Shown here one piece after another: positions 1 to 10,434 of a stretch of DNA of 25,000 nucleotides; the stretch's first letter is position 1; each line of letters begins with the position of its first letter. Below the pieces are notes generated by a model. The model was not told where the DNA came from. It searched no databases and saw only the letters and a program-made list of their open reading frames with translations. The stretch covers positions 1 to 25,000 of the forward strand of contig JAKLZA010000116.1 of assembly GCA_030704615.1 (NCBI GenBank). Reading direction: 5' to 3'. Made by a program: the position numbers and the translations under genes. This DNA comes from Takakia lepidozioides (taxonomy: Eukaryota; Plantae; Bryophyta).

Positions 1-2484
1 AAATCGCTTTGTGTGTACCTGTAAGCAAACCTGCACTCATCCGATGACATACTCTCTCCTTTAGCACTAAACAGGCTTACTCTCAGTACATTTTCAACAC
101 AGTCCATGGCACCCTGTCTTCTGGAGTTGCTTTGGAAGGGTGAAAACTGGCTGGGTGAAGAGGGCCAAAAGACATAAGAGAGATAAGAGAGTCCCTAATA
201 CTGTGAATCACCTGGCCTGATGTACTGTCCAGCATGTGCCATACAGCCTCGGTTTGGCCCTCCACACTAATCTTGAGCGTTGTGGATCCCAGTACTGTGC
301 TCTTCCACATAATATCCCAGTCATAGATTGCTATGAGTATCTGTAAACTCAACACCACATCAGGCTAGCATCAGTTAATGTGTACTCCATCAACTACACC
401 TAGATTTGATTGCTTGCTGGCCAATCAGTGTTTGATTTGGACTTCTCTGAAAGGTTTTCTGAGTAACACTTGAATCGGATTTCCTTCAAATTTGAAGTAC
501 ACACAACTGCAACATCACCAGAGCAGGTCCCAAATGAAAAAAGTTTTCACTGAATAAATAGAGCTTGACAAGACTTCTGCGTGCATCTTTCAAGAAAGAC
601 GCTCTTCAGTAAAAGATACTTATTAAGTGCCACTCCTCTGATCCATTTACATAGTTCGTCCAAGTTTCTTATGCATTTACAAGGGTACTTGCCAAAGGCA
701 TACAAAGTCACACACCTCCACAGGAAGCTCCTCGGTGTAGAAGTCAAACTCTTCACCCCACATGGGATTCCTAGAACCCGGAACCATTGAACTACACAAC
801 AGAAGGAATAGCAGAAGATGAGTTGTTGCCACTTTTGCAACAAAAGTGCCTCCAATTTGCAACTACTTCTGCCAAATAACATTCTGTTCCAGAGAGGCAA
901 ACACATCTGATTCCTTACCACAGGTGCAAAGACAGCTCACATGTATAAAGAAATCAGAAAGATGACCTGAACCGCTTTTGTGAACCACACGTGATGATGG
1001 CATATGGATCTGATGTGCCATTCAAGTTGGCTGCTATCAAGTTTTTGGCTGCTAGAAGCTCCACCTGTCACCCACATTGACCAATCAGTACTAAATGCGG
1101 CGAACACTTGTTGCATTAGTTTCCAGCAAATATGACTCGTAAAACAAGGAATGAGCAAACTCCTAAGGATTTCTACAGAGTTCCAAACAGAATTCTTGTC
1201 TGTCACCACAGACTTACACATTGCCTATATTGACTGAATATTTGATGAGTAGTAGAGGTTCTTGACGACGACGACAACGACAGCAATTACCACTTTTAGA
1301 GGCCCCTTTCCATGGTCAAGCCAGAAAAAGCTTATCACCATCCCTAACTTTTCAACAATAATCAACACCGAGTTTGAACTTCACAACTCAAAACAACCAG
1401 GGACTCTCTCCCCATACATTGCCATACTATTGAGCTCAAGAGGTCTTACCCTTATCTGGTATATGAATGAGCTGCCCCACTCACTTTGAGAATCCTGTAC
1501 AACAAAATGCCCCAGTGCTGCTTCATCATCAAATTTATACATACTTCTATGTACACATTGTTCTGCATATACAGAATCCCGGTGTCAAACAAGAAACACT
1601 CCAAGGGTCCGTACTCACATGAGTGGGAGTGCTGCCTTACGAGGACAGAATAGTTCCAAAATTGGGTGCCCATGAACCATCCACTATCCCAAACACAAAT
1701 ATGCCTGCGATATTTGCAAGACTGATCGTATTTTCACCTAATGACTCTAGGTGTTCCACATCTTACATATACCTTACATCCGGGAACTGCTGCAAGTTTT
1801 GACGTCTCACAACTAATTGCTGCCAGAGCAGTGCAGATCTCTCTTGTGTAAGTAAGCAATTGGCAGGCCTGAGATTCCAAATTTCCTTCTATATTGTCCA
1901 GCCTTGATTCTCTCTTCACTCTCAACCGTAAATTCAGAATTGTGACACATTAGTGAATGGGAGCTTACATTGACACTAGTGGGGAGGGGGTTTAGTCATC
2001 TTGATGACAAGGCTTATCTCCTTGCATAGCCATTTGCCCAAGCCATACATTCGAATATACTGCAACTCCAGCTAACCAAAGTAAGGTAGGTTCATTTCGT
2101 CGATTTTGTTTATCCAAAGTTCAAAATTGGACTAATTCCGTGGAACTGTAGTCAACCAATCCACTAACCACAAAGTCATGCTGGACTGGGTTGCTATCTC
2201 ACAAGTCTAGGACCTGCGAAAGGGCCACAAAAGTGAACGGCGATCACCTTGCCAGTAGCTGGATTTGGAATCCTCACCTCCACACCCCCAGTCTCAGATG
2301 CTCTTGGAATCTGTAACCTTTTCATTCTTTCTACACGCTTTCCATTGTCGTTCGCTGGAAGTACATGCTGCAAGAGGCAGAACAATAAGACCAGCGAGAC
2401 TGCAGCCGCCAAAGATACGTTGATTTCCCCCCATGACGGTACCAGCACCTCCAGAGCCATGTCTGTTATGCTCCCGATCTTCAT
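1..2484 (-). CDS. C2-domain (and probably GRAM/VASt) membrane protein, BAG-associated GRAM protein 1-like; 3' part lies beyond the left edge of the window
   Basis: Exons on the minus strand, all GT-AG and phase-consistent: 2484 (or 2460)-2248 (alternative donor 2278), 1494-1450, 1064-967, 791-716, 340-212, 30-<1. Translation: [30 protein letters not shown] (N-terminal TM) ... [15 protein letters not shown]|[33 protein letters not shown]|[25 protein letters not shown]|[19 protein letters not shown]...GQ|[10 protein letters not shown]. This is a canonical C2 domain (SDPY, NPxWxEEF, YDWD) and resembles Arabidopsis BAGP1 as I recall it. The GRAM domain is inferred and not visible here. Confidence 0.9.
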
Positions 2485-2523
2485 CCTGCTGAATGACTGG
2501 GATTTGTCTTGCCTACTCTTGCT

Positions 2524-3650
2524 CTGCAACTCCCCACATACTCTGAGAATAGCAATCCGTCAGGGTTTGTGGCCAACCCGGTCCTGAGCGTGAGCTTGAA
2601 CTCAAGTGTAACTTCAGCTAAAACAGTATTGCACCACATGTAAGCATTTCTTAGACGTATAGCTTCAATTGAAATTCCATATATTTTACATAAAGGATCA
2701 AAGTTCGTAGGCAAATATTCAAAATGCCTACCGCTTAGCTTTAAGTTCTACTCAATTAGAGTATTACAAGCAACTCAGGATGTCTAGGAGCAAACCTTGC
2801 TTCGTCAAACCATTCGCTCAAATCGAAACGTATAGCAATTCCACGGGCTAGCTCAAGCCACCTATCACACATTTACTTACTCCGGACAAACACGCATCCT
2901 GCTTGTGCAAAGAGATGTGCCGATGAATTATCCACCCTACTACTGGCGTGCCTGCCCCCTTCACTACTCTTCTCATCTCTAACCGTTTTGTATAAAACAA
3001 CCGAAGAATAAAACGTTCCATATATCCTCTGACTCTCTATGAGAACCTTATAGATTTCTTTCCTCTTCCTACTCCTCCTTATGTGTGTTCATGGCCCTTG
3101 ACAACCTCGCACAGTTCAGCGCCAAGGCAAACAGTGGAGATAAAGCACTCATCTGTCCTGTTCCGTATCCAATTCTGGAGAGACTAGGTGCTCAGGTGAC
3201 ATCAAAGAGCATGTCACGCTCCACCTCCAGAAGGATCCGCCACAAGACATTCTCAAAGCCAGACAGAAACGCAAAAAACACATTAAGAGTATAATCTGGG
3301 ACAAACTAAGTTCTCGAACTCACTCAGCCGATGTCCAGCTCGATTTCACATTCCTCTGACACACGCCCCGCACACATAGACGCAGGCGAGCTACAGAGCA
3401 GGTGACGCAGGAAGCAGCCTGCCTCAGAAGGACCTGGTAGCCTCGCTTTGTCTCCAGGGCCACATCCTGTGCCCTCCATGGCCACAGCAATCACACAGGC
3501 CAGGCTCACCAACGTCGCACAGACGGCACAAAGCACTGTGCCTGCCTCCACCGCCTGCACCCAGTCATTGCGCCCGTCACCGGCCACATCCGGTTCCCGG
3601 CTCGGCCGTCCTTTGACCGTCAGATCTACACTCCTCCGCATCCCGACCAT
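2524..3650 (-). promoter_or_regulatory. Putative spliced 5' UTR / first non-coding exon(s) of the C2-GRAM gene
   Basis: A GC-rich block at about 3324-3650 ends in a minus-strand donor TGA|GTGAGT at 3323. A second strong donor |GTAAGT lies at 2880, and candidate acceptors ...CTCAG (2543) and ...TGCAG (2524) lie just upstream of the ATG. An AT-rich tract at about 3655-3710 is upstream. Confidence 0.4.
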
Positions 3651-5403
3651 TTGAATAAAAGATATGAGTTTTTTAAACTAATTAATTTTTATATTTTTTA
3701 TTTGAATAATTCTCACACTGAGGATAGGGTTGGCATGTCGACTAATGTACACAAGACATTTGGCGGAGAAGAAATAGTATGGTACGACGAATTTTGGATG
3801 AACGTAGTAGGATGTTCAACAGTAACTTAGAAGTGCCTAGGAAGGTGTGCCTTTGTGCCTATGATTCTTCATTCGTCAGCGGAATGATCATCCGCATGAT
3901 AGGTGGGCTTACCGCCGCTGCGGATGAGCGATCGGCGCAGCGCGCAGCAGTTTTGCGCCGGGCATCCGGAAAACGCCAACGAAGTAATAAGTAGATCTAG
4001 AGCATCGGATCGATTGTCTTGTCTCTCAGATCCAGAGCATGTCTGATCCAAAAGCATGACGGTGTCGTGTTGCCGAGCTCGTCCAGGGGATTGTATATCG
4101 AAGCATACGAAGTAATTTGCGGTTGATGTTGGTTACCTCGTGACTTGGAGAGAGGATTTCCATGACGAGTTCTTAGAACACATCGTCTCCGGCGGATCCT
4201 CCAAAACCGTGCGTAACTTAGATTGGTCGGCATGCGGCGAGAGAGCTGCCATGAAGAGTTCTGACGTCTGACATACGTTTGGACGCCGGGCCCTACAGGA
4301 GACTTGAGAAACTTCTACGCGTGAGGCTTCTTGAATCTTGACTTTGATTGTCTGTTTTTCTAGGTCCTAGAATTCATGCCCTCGGATGGTCCTGGAAACA
4401 TGGTTTCATCGGATACCTGAAGGTCTTTCATCTGGCGAGGTTGCCATGAAATTCGGAATGGGATTTTTCCACTTTCTGTGGTGAGGCCGATATGAATGAG
4501 CTTTATCAACCCGAACGTGAGAGTTGACTCAGCCTCTCCTACCTAGGTGCTGCCTACGTGAGAAGGAACTAGAAAGAAAGAAACGAGAGCTGTGACAAAA
4601 AGCGGCTCAACGGTGACCTACAATCCCCACCAACCAACGACCGTCTGAGAAGGTAACGATTTTAACAAAGGGAATTACGGACTACTTACACCAAATGTTT
4701 GGAGAGACTTCTTCTCAGCCAGAGGAGAAGTAGAGGAGAAGCAAGCATAAATGAGTTCCTCGTTGCTAGAGCTTTTGCAGTCTCACACACCCTGCATACA
4801 CCCTGCCTTATGTTATGAAGTGGGTACTTCAGAACGGCCCCTCACGCACTTATTCACCCACAAACATGCAAACCTCAGTGTCTGGTCCCATGTCAGCAAG
4901 ACATTGTCCCCATGTAATCCAGTTTTGATCAACCAGTGCTTATGAAGACTTCCAGTCCATGACATTCACCTATTTGGAAGCTGTCTGGCAATAACAAGTG
5001 TTGACTAGAATGTTTTTGGACAGATATGGAGAAGAACTGAGAAAGTGACAAGAGATTGGCAATGTATAGCTTGTTAGCTCTCAGAACTGACAAACCTGCT
5101 GCGGCATGGCTCCGCCATCAACATAGGCCCTAGCTGTGGTTAGAGCACAAGCATATACCAGTTAGAACAGTAAAGTACATTTTTTGAGTATGACTCACTT
5201 CCATATTGCAAGTAATCTGCACTGAAGAGAAATTAAGGTACATCTATGTCCAAATCAAATGGCAAGCTAAAAATGATGATATGCTGATTCATATCACCAC
5301 CTGCAGCAGAACTATGGTATCAACACAATTTGCACGTATGGAAGGAGGGCCATGAACAACTCCTTGATTAGTTACAATTAATCAATACTAAGTAGACTGT
5401 GAC

Positions 5404-7715
5404 TCACTTCACCTTTCTTCTCATACAAGAAAGTACCAACAGAACAATGAATGAAACTATTACTAATCCCCATCCCCAACCTAAAATTAACACTAAATGC
5501 CACCGTGAACTGGACCCAGAGCGAACGGCAGTTGTCATTTCCCGGGTGTTCAGGTATATCTTGGCGAGTACTGCATCAAGGGCAATGTCAAATGCATCAG
5601 CACTTTCCAGAACCCGTCCTACTGCTGCTCCTGTAACAGCAGCAAGCGGTCTACTCACGAGAGGGGGATATTGGCGGCCAATATGCGCATACAGTATTTG
5701 AGGAACCAACTCTGCAATCTTTGCCCGCATTGCTTTAATCTGTGATTTTGGAATCTTCTGGAGGAGATCCATCACATTATGTGTCCGCGCCTTGTTGATC
5801 TGAATTGGTAGACATTGATGAACTATGATGTCAATACAGAACAATGAAAGTCAAAAACACCACTCATTCGCAGCATCGATCAAATGCTCTAGGAAGAATT
5901 AAGTTGAATACCTCAGAAAGCACACTGAAGATTGCCACCCCAAGTCCAAACAACACTCATGATAGATATTAGCTACACTGCTGCAAAGTTTCCTTTGTAG
6001 AGAACGTGAGGCTCCAAGTTGCTCACCGGGATGAAAACCGAGTAGCTCCTCCCATCTCCTGGCAGGTGGTGGATGTACTGCCACCAAGCAGATCGCTGGA
6101 GGAATATGACTGGGATACATCCGGCCAGCAAAGAGTCAAAGAAGGATCGCCGTGTCGGACTGTCCCCAGGGGGCTGTAGACAAAACTGTGATTTGTGCAG
6201 GGCGGTTAGCAGAACTACAGGATTATTGCAGGATACATTCTGCGTCCGGCCCCTCAAAGGTGATAGGGGAAAACCCGTTGACAAAGATATCTGCAGATGA
6301 ACACTACTAACAATGAGATGCGCAGCCATAAACAAGGGAAAAATTAAGTCTCAGCCCCATAGCAAAGCCCTCCTTTGAAACACATGATAACCTGAAGTTG
6401 AAATGTAACTTTACAGAAGAACCTTGCAAAGAAATGCAAAACCAGCCAACTCGCGTGTGACAAAACGCAAAAACAAATAACCAACTCTAAATCAGTTTTG
6501 GACATGACCTGCTGATCAAGACCAGGTGAAGCTTCATGTCCTTCACAAACAAGTAGAGTGCAGCGGGAATCATGTGAACACTGATTCATCAGTGTCTCCC
6601 TGAAGCTTGCAGTGCCGCGTCGCCTGCCTCCAGCCATGCTTACCAGGGCTTCCCGTTGTGAGGATCGCCGAAGCCAGTCAACAAGCTGTTCAATCTGTGA
6701 GTCTGAGGAGGCATGGAAATAAGTGGGGTACGGAACAGCTATCTCATTGCCTGGATTCGTTCCATTGTGCTCAATGGTAAGTTTCACCATACTTTGATAG
6801 CCTTCCTGTAAGAGCATCTGCTAGCACAAAACATCACATTTCCAATCTAGTAAGCTCCTGATTCCTGACCTCGAAAGCTACGCAGATTACCATTCACAAA
6901 CAGAAAGTACGGAAAGAAGCTGCATGACAAGCTGCATGACAGAATTGGCCACATTGACACAAAATCCTGAAAAAGGCTGCTCGTTTACGAATGCGCAGAC
7001 ATGGAATGCCCGTTCTCCTAGACTCGTCTTCTGCAACAAGAAATTCAGCAAGGATCACTACTCTATTCCTTTCCCTCACCTGCGTGCCCCATGTTCTCGC
7101 TTCTGTCTGCCTTCTGAAGTCTCTAGCAATGCGCCCCAGTGTGATGAAGTGATCACGTCCCCCCCGCCGCTTCCAACTCTCCCTCGCCCTCAACCACTCG
7201 AGCAGCTGCACGTACAGCTTATTCGAAGGGTTGTGATGCGTCATGGTATGGGAAAGGTCCATGCCCGCATAAAAGGGGACATAAAAAGCATCTGCATTGT
7301 CTTCCTGCTCGGTTCTGCACGGATGCTTCTTCAACCGCTGGTGAAAATAAAGCTCCAACGAGAACTGCCAAGTGTTGAACCACGGCTCGCCAGCTACCGC
7401 AGGCCCCCCACGGTCTGCTCCATACCTGAACGCTCTCCCCATGCCCTCATTCTCCATGTACATACAAAGATCTCTTCCCTTCTTGAATCCATCGCAATTC
7501 CTCACAAACGCTTCATTGAACGCCTCTGTGATGTTGTGAATGTATATCCATCGGCCCCGGCACGACAACGTCCCAGCTGCCTTGCCAATCACAGCCGGGT
7601 CCTCCGACCTAACGGTTTCACGGAAGCGGTCACTGAGCATCAACAGCAGCAATGCGCCTCCCACCAGCCCCAAGAGAGCGCGCTGCCGTGTGCCTATGCG
7701 AGACCTGAGCCCCAT
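5404..7715 (-). CDS. GT47 (exostosin family) glycosyltransferase, xyloglucan galactosyl/galacturonosyltransferase-like (MUR3/KAM1, XLT2, XUT1 group), about 534 aa
   Basis: Four exons, all phase 0 and GT-AG: 7715-7080, 6817-6509, 6290-6027, 5799-5404 (stop TGA). N-terminal signal anchor ALLGLVGGALLLLMLS. Family motifs: WFNTWQFSLELYFH, FYVPFYAGMD, WKRRGGRDHF..GRIARDFRR, PYPTYFH, FCLQPPGDSPTRRSFFDSLLAGCIPV, YSVFIP, DAFDIALDAVL. The ORF-track start at 7775 is a TTG; the first in-frame ATG is 7715. Confidence 0.93.
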
Positions 7716-9830
7716 CGCGCAGCCTCCACCACCATAGCTCTTCTTCTCCAAGCCCGCCAGACTCGGCCCAGACAAACCAAACCGTCAGTCTCGGTAAGTA
7801 ACCGAAATCCTTTCCGTTGACCTGCGGTACTGTCGGACAGCAGCATTTGCCTCAAAATCTCATACTGGGTGAGAGAAGCGGAAGCAGATGGACCCTCTTA
7901 CGTGCTACAAAATCAACGAAGATGTTTTAAAAAAGAATTGTAGATACGGATTACCCGCTGTCCTAGTTGAAGAAAGACATTTCGAGGAGCCGCTCTGGTA
8001 TGTGAAGCCGCCTGCACGATGGAAAGAGTCTCACCCCCGATCATCAATACTGCCAATGTATCTAGACGGCCACGTCTCTGAACTTTTCCATAGTTGTTGC
8101 TCACGACTATCGAGTAAGCAGCATGAGTACCTGCCTGGCAGCAAGGAGGTGCCTTTAGCAAGGTGGAGGTGAGGGGAGTGTGCCCTGAGAATTTCACTGA
8201 CACTGTCCAGAAGCAAGTCCGCCTCTTTATTGTCCAACAGATCGCTTGATCTCTAGCTTACAATGTATGACCTCAGTGGAACAGGAAGCTGTGGGACATG
8301 CTTTGTTTTGCAACAGATCTTGTTGACGCCTCACCAAACACGGATAATGGCCTGTATTTCATACGGTCTAAGCTCAGACAGCCGCCCGATCTATGTATGG
8401 CGAGGCTTGATAGAGTTTATCGCTCTGAGATCCCACTTTCCTAGTCAATGCTATTCCTGTCGGACCATTCTTCTTAACTTTGATCACGCGGCGATTGTCG
8501 TTTCCTTTCTTTCATCTTGGGTCTCATGAGGCAAGGGATTCTTGAAGCTCAATCCATCTATTCTGAACGTCCCTTCTTTGCTACAGAAGTTAAGAGATAC
8601 CTTGCCTCTCGTTCGGATGTCTCATCCCCCACCATGACCTTTCTTCACAAGCTTATGCAACTAGAGGCACTAAGCTCTCTCACGCACGTTAGCCTTCAAT
8701 AGAAATCAAAGAGAAAGGGCATAAATGAAATGCCTTCATCATTGCCAAAATCTTATTGAGAAGGTTCTTACGGCCCCCAAACCATGGACTCTTACCACGC
8801 TACAAAAGAAAAATCTGGAGGAATTAATGAGTGCAAAAGAAGAAGCCATGAGGATCAAGGCTGGGTGTTAACTGGTCCATGAACGGAGAAAAGATGACAA
8901 GCTATATGTTAATTCGCAGGTGCTCCTTTCAATTGTTCATCTTGCTTACAAAGGGTTGAAACAATTGAACCCTACTTTGTCCATTGCCAACTAGCATCTT
9001 CAGTTGGAAGATGGCTACAAAACTCTACGCAGTCTAGCGCGTTCATTTCAGCTTCTCTGTATCTGTTCTCTTTCTCAACATCCATGAGGGATCAATCTGG
9101 CACACATGCCCTGTCTAGGCAACCTTGCATGGTCATGAGCTTTGGCACATATGGAAATCTAGATGCGATGTTGTTTTCCAGGATACACAGTTCCCAATCT
9201 ACAAAGGATTCTGTTCAGTCACTCAGACATAATTCCCTCCCGTTATAGAATTGCTCTTCAGGTTCTTTTCTCTGTTCCTCTCGTTCTTTAGTCTCTCGTA
9301 CGGGGTAGTGTCCTCATCTCAGCTCCTGGCCTTCACTGAAATAAATTACTAAAGGGCCTTTGTCCCCTTTTTGAAGAAAACAAAAACACCCTAAAAAAAC
9401 CTAATAGGAGTAGAAAAACCCTGTCTTCCTCGCTCTCCTCAGCCCAGGGCTCGCTGCCTGGTATAACACAAGGGGTTAAGGTTCGGTTTGAGTTCACGTC
9501 TCTCCTCTGAATTTCCTCGTTCTTTGTTGAGTGCGTGCTGGGGTTCTGCATTTGAAAAACCCCAGTGTCTGATGCAAAGCTCTTGCAGAAAGCTGAAGCT
9601 GCTGATTTCCACCCGTAGTCAGTTTTGCACTCTTCAACACAACGTTTTCTCATTGACCCATTATTTCGCGTCTCTTGTGTCTGGAAGAGCTGCGGGCAGG
9701 AATACAGGATATACATTTCCGGGGCCTTGGAAATTGGTGGATCGTAGCATTCCTATCTCCTGGAAAGTTCCGCGTAACCGTTCATGCTCACAAGTTATTG
9801 GTGAAAGAGTCGATCCATCCTATCAAGGGG

Positions 9831-10423
9831 GTAAGAAATAAACTTCTTCATTGGTTTCGCATGCATTTCACAGTAGCTCTGCAATTATGTCTGCCTCAGA
9901 GGCAAGGTGATTCAGTTGGGGGGGTGGTTAGCTTCACATTTCGTTCACATTACATGAAAGAACTGCCCACTATGGATATATATGACATCTTGGAGGGATG
10001 GGAGATGTCTCTAGTCTAAGTGAGACAAAAGAACTCGGTATTGTTATATCCCAAGCAAGAGATGAGGAGAACCAAACCTTAATTCTGCTATGGTCAGACA
10101 AGAGTTAGCTATAGAAGCATAACTACAACATCGGTGTACTGGCTGCATTTGGGGGGATATCACTGCACTGACTTTCTTGTGATAACAACACCTAATGACG
10201 TGCGATTTCAAAAATGTTACCCAGATCAAGGTCAAAGAGCCATGGCGTGGGTTCTATAAATTGCACAGTATCATGGTTTCTAATGTGGGGTATTGCTATT
10301 TTCAAATCCCCAGCTTATGAATTGACCCTCCCAATGCAAGATCTTGTTTACTTGGTTTTCTAAATAGGTTTTGGGGTCTAGGGCAACCAACCCTAACCCT
10401 CAGAAGTACTGTGTTTGCTGCAG
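9831..10423 (+). other. Putative 5' UTR intron of PUS7
   Basis: Donor GGG|GTAAGA at 9831 and acceptor TTTGCTGCAG| ending at 10423, 11 nt before the ATG at 10435. A telo-box-like AACCCTAACCCT lies at about 10389-10400. Confidence 0.4.
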
Positions 10424-10434
10424 GAGGGGAAGTC

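Noticed and set aside
1262-1285. (GAC)n run giving a poly-Thr ORF; also a 12-bp tandem duplication AGCTGCATGACA at about 6918-6941
   Set aside because: Short intronic slippage repeats with no sign of function.
7716-7775. N-terminal extension MSGPSLAGLEKK... of GT47 in the ORF track
   Set aside because: Starts at TTG, not ATG. No supporting upstream coding exon was found, though one cannot be excluded.
6924-7820. 298-aa plus-strand ORF
   Set aside because: Antisense shadow of GC-rich GT47 exon 1. It has no recognisable motifs, and such shadows arise from codon bias.
7888-9300. Several short ORFs between GT47 and PUS7
   Set aside because: No recognisable domains or consistent splice structure; treated as intergenic, possibly decayed repeats.
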